DNA of 63,462 nt, the filler included, from Octopus bimaculoides (Eukaryota), in the NCBI RefSeq assembly GCF_001194135.2. It is 6 parts of 6 records of this genome, joined end to end, with 100 filler letters (N's around TTAATTAATTAA, not from the genome) between each part and the next. Parts side by side here need not be neighbours in the genome. Positions count along the whole stretch, not along the records: positions 10,354 to 19,879 come from NC_068986.1; positions 19,980 to 46,543 come from NC_068993.1; 4 more parts are not named here. One strand, written 5' to 3'. Of the stretch, positions 11,861 through 24,895 are shown in pieces (the stretch's first letter is position 1; the number at the start of each line of letters is the position of its first letter). A model generated the notes under the pieces. The model was given only the letters and a program-made list of their open reading frames with translations, had not been told where the DNA came from and made no database searches. A program made the position numbers and the translations under genes.

Positions 11861-12396
11861 AATGATGAATCTCAACTGTTGCTATAGAAATATAAAGTCT
11901 AGATTAGTTCTAATTAACTTCTTTTGATATATTGTTCGTTCTTCAAATACATATTTAACAATTCAGCAATTCAATCTAGAATAAACCCACACAACGCGAC
12001 GTTAATATCACATTGAATAAAACTAGATATATTAACTTTAACAATTATTTCCTATATAGTTAATAATATATATTCACATAATATTCGAGTAAATACCTAT
12101 TTAATTTTTTTGCTTTTGTAAGTTAAGTACATATGATTTTAGCAACTTAACACTTATGTACATATTTATTGCCTCGAAACATAATTATTAATCAATAAAT
12201 TAAACTCTGTTTTCCATAGGAAGAAACTTAGAGCAAAAGATGAATTTTATTTTCAACAGACATTCAATCAATAGATTTGCTCTAGTCGACTTTCTACTAT
12301 CTTGTTTTAGATTTAGGTAACTCAGTCTACATAAGAAAAAAGTCACATTTAAATGGCAACAAAATGAAAATAACTTGATATATTTTAAACTGTTAA

Positions 12397-12608
12397 GGAA
12401 GCAAGCTGACAGAAACGTTAGCCCACCGGGCAAAGTTCTTAGCAGCATTCTGTCCGTCTGTACATTCTGAGTTCAAATTCCGTCGAAGTCCACTTTGCCT
12501 TTCATCCTTTCGGGGTCGATAAAACAAGTACCGGTTAATCACTGATGTTGATGTCGTCGACTTGCCCGTTTCCTGCAAAATTGCTGTCCTGGTGCCAAAA
12601 TTTCAAAG
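12397..12608 (+). mobile_element. SINE family A
   Basis: aagctgacagaaacgttag..ctgagttcaaattcc..ctttgcctttcatcctttcggggtcgataaaacaagtacc. Confidence 0.85.
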
Positions 12609-13029
12609 CAGTATATTTTAAACTCTCCTTTACATAAAATGTGCTATAGTGACGGTGTATGGGTACATATTTCTAGATGCTTTGTAAAATATAAACACGT
12701 TTGTACATGCTTACTGTGTACATACATATCTACATGCATGCATGCATGCATGCATACATACATACATACATACATGTATACATGCATATATAAAACATGA
12801 CGTCGAATCTAGACATGTTGGCATACAAGACTATTCATTCTCCCTGATAATGAATATTATGTCCGATATTTTTTTTCTTTTAATAGAAGACTGGTAAAAG
12901 AAACGATCAACTTTGAGTAAATGCAAAGAAACAACCTTCTTTTGAAAAGATCGTAGCAGAAATCAAACAGTGAAATTAAGTTAATACTACCATATAGAAA
13001 ATATCAATACTTATATCATAGCAACAAAT

Positions 13030-14260
13030 GAACTCAGCTACTGCCGTTCGTGGAACTATTGAGAGAAATTCCAGCGGACCTTCGAACTGAACGAAGGCTT
13101 ATATCAGTTCTATAGAAATATTGGGGCATATCCCTCGATAGGTTACGCGAAGAGACTGAAAGAATATTGTAATAAGTAATACCCAACATTCTTGCAATTT
13201 TAAGAGAAACAATTACATCAGCAAAGTACATTTACCGAAAAGAAATATGCCACACATTCAAACAAAATCTCAGAGCAAAAATGTACAAATAAAAATACTC
13301 ATAATAAACTTTTCCACGAAGAGACTGTGAACAACAAGAAACACGACAAAGGCGAACACAACAATAACACATCGCAGCCATTACACGGACATTTTGCGAA
13401 TGCTTATAAGCTCACAATTACAAGTAAGAAATAGAAGATACTAAAATTACAAGTTAATAAAATTCATTATTTACATACATAAGACACTGCATGAGAGTGT
13501 GATACCTATACAAATTGGGAAAAAGACTCACTAGCATGACTTTATTCGCACTCGACGGAATTTCAAGAGAACAGCAGCTCAAATTCAAATCTCTTGCTTT
13601 TTGAGAATAAATGCCCTGCTACATTGTATGTATGATATAGTTGCAAGGATATTTACAAGGCTGTCTGCAGGAACTATTGCCCTGGCGTATACATCAAAGT
13701 TATGTAAGAACCGGAATATATGCACAGCTATAAAAACAAGGAATACTGGCGGAACACTCCACTCCAAACAGTAATTCGGTGCAAACATACCATTCCTGAT
13801 ACTGATCGGTGGGAGAGGGAACAAAAGTCATGCACTGTATTAGAGTTCAGCTACACAGCAGGTGTCAATGTCCCATCACAAGTCCAGGAAAAGAGAACGG
13901 TTATGGTGAATTAATGCAAAACTTACCGCTCTTGTTCGCTGAGTAGAAAATTTCATTTGTACCTATAATCATAGATGTATTAGGCTATGTACCTACACGT
14001 TTACAGAAATCCTAGAAAAACTAGATTTTTCGAAAAATGAGAACAAGAAACTAATACATATTTTTCAAATTCAGTCTATTAGCAGCAATAAAATTACTTA
14101 AAATCTGTGAAAATTTGTAAGACATTTCAGATATACTTCTGAAACTATTTAGATGGAAAGATAGACAAACTTACCTACATATCTACAAACATCAGGATCG
14201 CTCTTCTTGTAATGTTTGCGACAGGCGGCCGGAAATCTCTTAAGAATTTAAATAAAACTT
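13030..14260 (+). mobile_element. R4/Dong-clade retrotransposon remnant (post-RT region and RLE), frameshifted
   Basis: Motifs in order across frameshifts: QPLHGHF; YDIVAR/IYKAVCRNYCP; KHTIPD..WEREQKSCTVLEFS; QEK..NGYGELMQNL; FVPIIIDVLGYVP; KICKTF. Confidence 0.8.
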
Positions 14261-14673
14261 AAATTAAAAATATGCGTGCGTGCGTGTGTGTGTGTAGACA
14301 CATTGATACAGATATACATATGCATACACACGCGCGCACACACCAAGCATGCACACACACGCCCCCCCCCACACAATACAGTTTACATTTGCAACAATAT
14401 TTATCGATAATTATCTCAGTAACTGAGTTGTTCAGTGTGGACATTCATTTCTTAATATAAAAAATAGTGTGACGTTCTCAACTAGCATTCAATCAGAAAA
14501 TTGGATTTAGATAACTGGTTTTAGTATGTTATCCTGTTTAGTTTATTTTATTACATTTTTGGCCTTAACAATTTCTCTTATTTTTATATATATTTATAAA
14601 TATTTTCCTCATTACTTGAACTAATTAGAATACATTCGCGATCACGCTATGCTATAGAGTTTCAGCTGGTGTA

Positions 14674-14765
<92 letters not shown>

Positions 14766-16451
14766 ATGCATATTTATATGTATACATATATACATATATG
14801 CATATGTATTGATCCATAAATACACATATACATATGTATATATGAATATGAAATGAATAAATGCACACTTATGAGGGTGCATTGACCAAATTCCGAAATT
14901 AGAGCTGCATATATACATATATATTATATGTGCGTGTGTATGTGTGTGTGTGCGTATATGTGTGTGTGTGTGCGCGTGTGTGTGCTTGTGTATAAAAGAC
15001 TAGCTGAGTTAGAGATTAAAATAACTGTCTAAGGGATAAAAGTATCCATTAAACTACCGGTATATTACCCATGTTTAACCATGGGCATACATATGCAAGC
15101 ATATTATGCTCATAAATTATAGGTAAGGCAAGGATAAACATGAGTTTAAAGAAGACAGAAAATGGAGAAATATCGATGAAGAACAATTGACACGCACCAA
15201 TTATTATTTATTAATTCAATACAATTGGACTGCATCCCATCTAACAGCTGTTTATGCTTCTAGTGTTGTATGATATTGTCGTTGATATGCTAAAATATTT
15301 ATCATATTTATTAATGAAACCGATCTGAAACACGGAGTTGCATAAGAGTGAGGAATAAATAAAGAAGAGGAGCTTAGAGAAGAAAAAAGGGAACAGTTGA
15401 ATATGGTTGTGAGCATAGCAATTTGCTTGCGTATCCCTTTGGTACGTTAAGTAAATGACTAAACTAAAAATAGCAATTGATGAATTAATCCTTTGCACGG
15501 TAGGGATAAGATGGATAAATACTAAAAAAAAAGCAAAAAATAACAGTTGGATGCGTCAATACGGTGGAGGGATGAAGATACAATTAAGTTTTAAATTAAT
15601 CATGATAATTTGTAATGATGACGTTTGTAGTACTAGTTAATAGTATTAATCATAATAAAATGCCAGTCGGTTAAGTGTAGTTTTTATTTATTTACTAGTG
15701 GGTGGTAAAGCCCTTCCACCTGTTGCCCGAAGTGAGATAGGCCAAGATCCAACGTTGGATGTATTTGGTTAGTTGAAATTTAAAAACAAAAGGCCAGTTA
15801 TTGAGATTGTTATACTGAGTGAGATAAATAAATAAATGAATGGGAAAACGGTGTATGTTGTAAGGAGTCCTAAACCGCTTAAGATAGTAAATACTAGATT
15901 TTTAAAAATATATAATAATATTATAGGACATTTAGGAAGTAAGGTGATTGGGGTTGAAAATAGTCCAAAAGTTTTTAACAGGAATGTGAAATTAGTAAAA
16001 ACAATGAAACAATTTTATTCCGTAGGAAAATTAGGGAAATATTTATGGTTAATGGGAGGTAATAGCTTGGGTAAGTGGCCTACATTAGTGATTGCTAGTC
16101 TGCCATCCAGCGCGTAATTAGTGAGGTGACTAATCCAACAAACAGCTAAACTTCCAGCTAATTGGATAAAGAATCTATAAATCAGTCGGCCTAATTAGAG
16201 TGTTAAGTAATTATTTTGTTGTGCGTGGTGCAGATATAGTGAAATGCGTAAATCAAATAGGGGGTTTCAATTAAATACAGATAGGCCAAAGCAGACACAA
16301 GATGGTCTAGAAAAAACTAAAGTGAAACAAACCAACAATGAGTATGGGATTGTAAAGTATGTTAGAAGATAGACAAATTCTATCTTGGCGAGCTGGCAGA
16401 AACGTTCGCTGGTAGAAACGTCATCATCAGCATCATCATCGTCATTATTAC

Positions 16452-16506
<55 letters not shown>

Positions 16507-16976
16507 GTTATTATTATTATTATTTAATAATACACATACATACAAACTCATTTATACATTTATATTTACATGCTTATACATTTGTATTTTGCATTAAGAC
16601 ATATGTACATTGATACACGCATGCACACAGACATGCACACACATAGACACACGCAAACACACACACACATAACTATTAATGTTTGTAAATATGACAGTGT
16701 GTATGCGCATCTGTGTAAGTGTGTGTGTGTGTGTGTGTGTGTGCGCACGTCTCTGAGTTTGTGTGTGTGTGTGTGTGTGTGCGCGTGTGGACATCGATAG
16801 ATGCCTGAAGGATCACACAATAACACCAATCCATTAAATATTGATTCCAATTGTGATTCATGTTTACTTAAATTTTATGAAAAGTAAGAGACACGCTTAT
16901 GTACATATACATTAACTCATTATATACAGAGAGAAGGAGGCAAATCTTCAAACGCATTAATATGTANNNNNNNNNN

Positions 16977-17412
16977 GTTAGGGCAGCGGACTCGCGGTCA
17001 TAGGATCGCCGTTTCGATTCTCAGACCGGGCGGTGTGAGTGTTTATTGAACGAAAACACCTAAAGCGCCACAAGGCTCCGGCAGGGGATGGTGGCGAACC
17101 CTGCTGTATTCTTTCACCACAACTTTCCCACAGTCTTTCTTCCTGTTTCTGTTGTGCCNNNNNNNNNNATGGTGGCGAACCCTGCTGTATTCTTTCACCA
17201 CAACTTTCCCACAGTCTTTCTTCCTGTTTCTGTTGTGCCTGTAATTCAAAGGGTCAGCCTTGTCACACTGTGTTCCGCGGAATATCCCCGAGAACTACGT
17301 TAAGAGTACACGTGTGTGTGGAGTGCTCAGCCACATGCACGTTAATTTCACGAGCAGGCTCTTCCGTTGGTCGAATCAACTGGAACCCTCGACGTGGGAA
17401 GCGACGGAGTGC
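16977..17412 (+). mobile_element. SINE family C (tRNA head) with (CAA)n/(ATT)n tail
   Basis: gtttcgattctc B-box-like; 3' part gagtgctcagccac.tgcacgttaattt.acgagcagg is shared with 29737 and 61836. Confidence 0.75.
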
Positions 17413-17440
17413 CAACAACAACAATACCAAGACAAAACAA

Positions 17441-17477
<37 letters not shown>

Positions 17478-17550
17478 GATATGGTCATCATCATCATCTC
17501 CATCGTTATCATCTTCTTCCCCGCTGTCATCCTCCTCCTCACCTTCATCG

Positions 17551-17648
<98 letters not shown>

Positions 17649-19843
17649 AGCACTAACACCACCATTATTATTAAGTTCAAACAGGTGAGCATAAACGCTG
17701 ATTAGAGCTAATCAAAACAATCGTTTAACAGAAACCTTGGACGAACTAGTATAAACGATTGCAAAATATAGCTACCCATGCTGGTAGAATTTTCATTAGA
17801 ATACCTGAGCGAGGTTTTCAATAACTGGAAAGAAATAGATTCTTAATGTCTGTTAGTGAAAACCGGTTTTGTCTCTCCCTTCCTGCTTTCCTCCAGATAT
17901 TAAATTATAACATTATTTACTTGAGCTTGACAGCACATCGATTTAGTATGAACGTATGATATATGATAAAGGAAGTTGAATGGTATTTTTATGATTAAAT
18001 TTCTATTATGAATATCCGTGTGAACTATCTAACATTAATATAAAATAATTATTTTTCATATAATATGTAACAGATTTTAACCCATTAACACAATATTACA
18101 TTGTTCGAAAGCTAATTTCTCCATCGCTTAGTTTAACAAAAACCTATACTTGAGCCAGCCCAGCAGTTTTTAACTATTCATTTAAGTGAAAACTTGTTGC
18201 GTACATTTATATTTAATAGTTTCTATTCATTTCGCGTAGGGAGGTCATTGCTGTCCTCAGAAAAGAAACTCCCTTAGAAAATTGAATGTGCAAAATCACG
18301 GAGTTGGGTTGTAAATGACAACATTGGACTGTACAATACGTAGTTTCGGCAAAGTTATACTTCATCAACTACAGTTACCGAATCCGTCTTTCCCAGTCTA
18401 CAAATAGCGCTGTTCTTACATGTAAGCAGCAAAAAAAACTTACTGGCGTGTGCAAACCTTTCCCAAGCTGGAATAAATTGACTCAATGAACACTCAAGAG
18501 TGATGGTTAAAACATAGTTGTGTACATATTTATTGCATACTTACATGTTAAACCAAATGTGGAAATATCTTTGTTGCTTTGATTATCTGGGAAGTGAATT
18601 TGTCCATATAAACGACGTCTGTGTGAAAAATACACCGAACTGGACTATGATTAAAGTCATCGGGCTATTTTTAATATTAGAATAACTGTTTCCACAATCG
18701 TTCGTATTTCATTTCCTGTTTGCGATACCTTCCTTCCTAAAATAAAGAGTCTTGCTTCTTGTAGTTTTCTTTAGTTTTTCTCGATCAAACATATGGAATA
18801 TAATCGTCTCGACTTTTCGAAAATCTTACAAGCAATATTTACGTCGAGAAAGTGTGCGAAGTATTGATTCATACTCGTGGCAACGGGGGTTGAACTTAAG
18901 AAATACACTTCATTTCACGTTACTTAAGTGTGGCTATGTAACTCTAATTTATAGCAGCCATATGCTGGTTCAAATTTCCTACCCTTTAGTGGTCACGTCA
19001 TTGACATCCAGTTGGATTAAATGACCTTGGTATATTTGCCACTGAAATCTGAATGGCCAGGTGAATGCTATTTTTTTAAATATGTCCATGTTGTAATTCG
19101 TGACACACGGTTCGCTACCTATGATACAAAGATGTAACGGGATTGTTCTACGCACAATAATTTACGGATTTTTCACACTATAGCGCAATATTACATTTAA
19201 CGAAAATTTAATCATGTGTGCCGTTTAGTTTAACGAGTAGCATTGCTACAGCCTGCCAGGCCACTTTCAAGCATCAGATTAACGTATTATTTCAAGAATT
19301 CTGTGTATACTAAACATTATTAATAGTAATAGAAATACTTGAGCAACCATTCAACCGTAATCTTATTTCTCTTAGACGATATCTGATCTCTCTAAATAGG
19401 TAATCATTTATATTTTTGTTTGTCTATTGTACTTCGCCATCAGACACTTAGAATCTATTTATCTCCTTCGACATATGGGGCACCTTAGCTATAACATAAA
19501 ATCAATAGTCTCTTTTAAACACCACCAACAGACCTTGACCTTAATTGGTAATCGTTCATTCTATTTACTCTACTTTCTTCTGGCACACAATTAAAATGTG
19601 TTTATTTCGATATATACGTAGCCTATAAACACCTGTACACATACACTTTCACAGATATACATATATATAATAATATATATGCGTATGTGTGTGCTTGTAT
19701 GAGTGTGTATGTATATACACGATATATATAACCATGCATGTACGTTTGTACATGTATGTACACATGCATTTTATATGCATACATATATGTATGAACATGT
19801 ATGAATGTGTGTATATATATGTACATATTTCTACATAAATATG

Positions 19844-19879
<36 letters not shown>

Positions 19880-19979
19880 NNNNNNNNNNNNNNNNNNNNN
19901 NNNNNNNNNNNNNNNNNNNNNNNTTAATTAATTAANNNNNNNNNNNNNNNNNNNNNNNNNNNNNNNNNNNNNNNNNNNN

Positions 19980-20180
19980 GTTTCTCCTCCACCACCGCTT
20001 GACAACTGGTGTTACTGTATTTACAACCCACATAACTTAACCGTTCATCCTAAGAGACCGATAGAATAAGTACTAGGCTTAAAAATTGAAAATTACTGGG
20101 AGTCGATTCAGTTCACTAAAATCCAAGGCGGTACTCCAACATGGACGCAGTCTAATGACTGAAACACGTATAAGAAAAAA
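19980..20180 (+). mobile_element. SINE family B, 3' half
   Basis: cttgacaactgg..gaccgatagaataagtactaggctt..gactgaaacac. Confidence 0.8.
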
Positions 20181-20414
20181 TGAACAAAAATATATGACTT
20201 CTTTACTCTTTCTTTTAGCGCCCTTCACACTTTCTTCGTTCTTTCCACTTTTTTTTCTCGCTCACACTCTCACATTACTTTGTCTTCTCTTCATTCTAAT
20301 CACTTTCCTTCTTCTTTTAACACACTCTGTCCCTTTCCTTTCTTTTCTATTTTTCTCATCCCTCCCTAATTCTTCACTCCCTCTGCCCCTACCTTTCTCC
20401 TTTCCTTCCACGTG

Positions 20415-20850
20415 ACCGGTGTTCCGCCAAGCCTGACCATTCATTTTTTGTTCGACTACCAGCCGTGTAACATCTCATATATTCCTTCCCTTGATTTTCA
20501 TCCTTATGTTCCTGTCGCAAGGCTTCACTTCCACACACGCCTGCTTAATGTAATTCGCCCTTAGTCGAAAGACACCTGTTATTATTGTTCTCTTGTTTGT
20601 ACATGTAATTGCGTATCATTTCTCCGTTGTTTTTCATCCTTGTTTTCTTATACATTCGCTTGCTTTCTTCCAAAGAATCTAGTGCTCTTAGTTTAGATTT
20701 TCTTGGGGCCGGCCAGATTGGTGCAGTCTCGAGTGTAAGCGGCCGAAACTGCAAAGACAATCTGGTACTCAACTGACGAAAGAAAGCTCCGAATGAGCCG
20801 TCCTTGTATTTTCCTGTCGTATTTTGTATTGTCTAACTGTCCCAATGTTA
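20415..20850 (+). mobile_element. Possible Penelope-like element terminal region, decayed
   Basis: Pyrimidine-rich UTR-like text ending in (TA)n, with a hairpin containing gaaac and a nearby ctgacga; family assignment is from resemblance only. Confidence 0.3.
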
Positions 20851-21578
20851 TATATATATATATATGCAACCGTCCTCTTCTCTTTCCCAGTCACTCCCAA
20901 GCATATATATCCTTCTGTATATCTTACTGTATCTGAATATGTTTCATAAAGTGACAGGACAGCTATAGGCGTCTCGATAGGGTATCTAGTATATTACTGA
21001 AACTCAAGCAAGTATTTCATTAACATAGAAAACTTACCCGGGGATACCACAGTCTAACGGCGCGGCTTTCCGCAGTATATCAACATTAAGGAAGGTTTAC
21101 AGAATACTATTTTGAACTAATACAGTTTCTGTCACCAATAGCGTGTGTGTGAATGTGTGTGTGTATGTGTGTGTGTGTGTGTTTTCAAAGATATGGAGTA
21201 GAGTGAAGGAGAGTGAGACAAACAGAACTATCAGACACAGGGTGAACGGGATGTTGGCAATTCAAATATAAATATGGTGAAGTAGTTTCTAGAGTAAATA
21301 TTGTTTGGATAATGCTTAAAGTGATAATAAATCAGTAAAATATGAACAGCAGGATATATCGAATACAGAGCATTGGTGGAATATTGTGAAAACTTCAAGT
21401 AAATTTACAGTCAAGCATATAAATCAAATATATAGATGTGGTACTTTTAAATATGTAAGGAAATAGATTCACGTTATCTTATATATAAGGGGGAATAAAA
21501 GATGTATGAGGGCACGTGTGACATGTAGATGAAAGATTTAGTGTACAAGTGTGTATGAGTGGAAGTGAAAGACAAAGC

Positions 21579-21650
<72 letters not shown>

Positions 21651-24429
21651 AGGATTATAATAGTAATGAAAAATAATATTATTATGGAATGGCGATTACG
21701 AGGTAAACGAAGGGACCCCTGGGGTGCTAGTTAGTCTTTATATATTGGTTTCAAATGTATGCTTTTCGCCGTTCTCAGAATCAAAGAGCTGTTGAGTTCT
21801 AAGGCGAATTTAATGTACTAGATTTATTAGTTGTCTTTCTTTTTGGTCCAGAAAGAATCAAAATTACATAATGATAATCTTCTAGCGATCATATCTACCC
21901 GGTTGCCACGATCGATAATGATGAAGAATGTTTTCCCCTAGACCCATATATCTCAGGAATCAGAATATACAGTCGAATTTCTACTATGCAAGATCAAGTG
22001 GTTTCGTCAAACTGGTTTGTTTGATTTTTGGTATTGTGTAACTACTCTGTAACAACTAGATTTCTGTTCGCATGTTATGTTCAGATATTGACAATCTAGA
22101 ATTATATCGTCTAAAGTGTCTTTCGTTTAATATTCTAAAGTGTGCATTTAGAAAGATTTGGCTGCTATTTCTTGCAGACCAAGTATCTACATTTAAGCTC
22201 CCTCATTAACCCGCTCACTTCGTAGTTAAACTTGTTAAGGTTCAGATATCCAATTCAACCAAGGTGGAGGATTTTTACTTGTCGTCATTTCAAGGTCAAT
22301 AAAATAAATATCAAATGATAATTGGAGGGGTCATATTCACCTGTACCATCAATCAAAACGTACCGCTTTGAGCTTATGTTATAAATCTTTATTAAAATGA
22401 TAAAAGGCATTCGCCGCACAGAGGCAACTCTGCAGGTTCGAGGACAGTAATGAATGTGTGCTTCAATTAACTCTGCTGTCCATTAAAAACTTTATACATG
22501 GTTTCAACCCAGTGGCAGTGGTACCTTTAAAGCTCAGCTTTAAAGGCCGTATGAATTATAACAACACTCTTTTTCAAAGGGGGCTGGGGAAATTTTCCTA
22601 TGATAATTGTACAATCAATGACCCTTATATTACTGGAATTACCGCCTATGAGAAGAATCATTGCCAAATCACCTTAACTAAAGATCTGAAAATATAGAAG
22701 ACACTTAACTTATAATAATTCTGGGTATTGTTTGCTTAGAAAACATATTTGAATGATCACGATTGGACGGTTACTACGCAAAATTTCGCTAGTTCAGAGC
22801 TAAGCCGGGCAAGAAATAACCAAGATCACATTTTATTGTATCAAACCCACGAATTCTGAAATGCAAAAGAGAATACTAGCGAAATTCGATCATTGAACAT
22901 AGAAGCAAAACATGAGTTACTATAAGACATGTATTCTGGTATCCTATGGTTTCTGTTTGTATGTTTAATAAATCTTCATTATTCTTTTAGTTAGCTCATT
23001 CCGACAGTTACCTTTTACTTCCGGTCGTTAGTCGACACATGATAAATTGTTTATCACCTAATGTGGCTGTTTACCATTGAACATTTTGTGACAGCTGATA
23101 TAAATGTTTTATATTTACTGACTCTATGAAGATTGTTCCCTGCATAAATTCGGCAAATCTGGTATTCTCTAAGACAAGAGAAACGAGAAGATATAATATT
23201 CATCAATTTTGGAAGAACATTTCTTTTGTTACAATAGAAGAATGTATGCTGGTTTGTATAGCGATAATATTTTAAGATTACATTTACACTGATACATAAG
23301 AATATTGGCATCCATAATAATTTGTTACATTTTCTGTTCTTTCTGCGTCTTGATGCTTCCATTATTGTTTTTGTTGTTGTTGCAGTTGTTGCTTTGTCCC
23401 GCTTTAGACTGGAAGCTCCTCTGGTTATTACCCCTCAAATATTCCTAATTATGGTCCCGATTCTTCTGTTTGAGTATAGTTTCTTCGCTTGTCTTCTTGT
23501 ATTAGTGTATCTCTCAATCTAAAGCAGTCGATAGCAAACATCGACAAAATTTGTTTCGATTCTCCTGGCTCTCATTTCAAAGCTACTTTTCATTAAATTC
23601 ACCTTTTATTCTTTCGGTGCTACTAAAAACAATGCCAGCCTAAGGCTGTGGGTGGTTGGAAGTGCTATAATCGAAGGAGATGTAGCATTTCCTTATGCTT
23701 TTGCTTTTTCACAGCAACGCCTTCAGCGTTACTCGTTCCAAGCTGAACCTACCAAAACTGTTCGGTTTGGATAAGCATCGGTGGCATGAAGTGATAAAAC
23801 TTGCATGCATGGGTAGCTACCAGGATTCTGCAAAAGTATCTTGCCCAGGCCTACGCATGAATGTAAAGATGTAAATCTGTATAAAGATTTAGGGATTTTT
23901 ATATACATGGACACACATACATACACACACACACACTCATATATCTTCGTCCACATACGTACGTAAATGATTATATGTATGTATATGTATATGTATATGT
24001 ATATATATTATTCTATGTCAGCAGTTGAAGAACTTTAATACATTTGAGAAACATTTTATATAATAGAAATGAATATTATAACTGGGAAGTCTACAGTGTA
24101 TTATTGCAACATAAACACAATATATGCCTTAGTTATCCTTACAGAAACGGTTGTATGTATATAATAAATAATGTATTCAACACTTTATCATATTCCACAT
24201 TTATTAACAATTTGACTGGAATAATATATTGAAATGTAAATTTAAATATGACTGCGATTTATTCATATTTTTCTAGCCGTGCATTAACTTAAGGTGAGAG
24301 GAAGAGTGAGAGAAAGAGATAAAGAGAAAGAGAGAGGGAAAGAAAGAGCGAGAGAGATAAAGAAAGACAGTGAGAGAGTAGTTTGTTTATAGAGAGTGGG
24401 ACATGTTTAACATCTTTCTTATAGTGCTT

Positions 24430-24895
24430 TGTAATATGGATTGGCTCACGTTCAGGGAGTCCAGCCGCACAATACAAATAAGATTCACACAGAGAAATAG
24501 GTGAGCTAAATGAACTGAGTCTCAAATCCCTAGAGAGAAAGCGTGAAAGATGCGCAGTAATATATATACAGAGAATCCTGGAAGGTCTAGCTCTCAATTT
24601 TGGAATTGAAAGCAATACCAACTACCGAACTGGACGGTACTGAATATTACCAATGATCCCGTTTTCTCCATCTCGAATAAGGAGCTAGTAATGTAACAGC
24701 TTAGGCTTCAGTGACCCACAACTATTCAACACTCTGCCAAACAACCTCACGTATTTCTGATGTGTACAGGTGCAGGTTTTCAAAGAGCGTCTGGATAAAT
24801 TTTCATCTAAAATACCAGATGACTTCATATCGCGGCAGGAGGCACGAACATGAGTGGTTCCGTCCAACTCACCACTTCACCAAAAACACTACTGA
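24430..24895 (+). mobile_element. CR1/L2-group LINE, RT C-terminal remnant
   Basis: GVQPHNTNKI..LSLKSLERKRERCAVIYIQRILEGL..DPQLFNTLPNNL..FKERLDKFSSKIPD with in-frame stops. Confidence 0.8.

Noticed and set aside
17088-17238. 70-bp direct duplication inside a SINE
   Set aside because: The copies are separated by a 10-N gap; most likely an unmerged contig overlap.
18444-18467. 24-nt minus-strand microexon (ttccag .. GTAAGT)
   Set aside because: Such signal pairs are expected by chance in 63 kb; the polypyrimidine tract is short.
22522-22544. Perfect 10-bp hairpin cctttaaagc-tca-gctttaaagg
   Set aside because: Isolated, with no Helitron-type CTRR end or second copy seen.
23050-23870. Possible RTE-like LINE 5' region on the minus strand
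   Set aside because: Only a SINE-shared motif at about 23770-23860; no endonuclease motif could be read convincingly.
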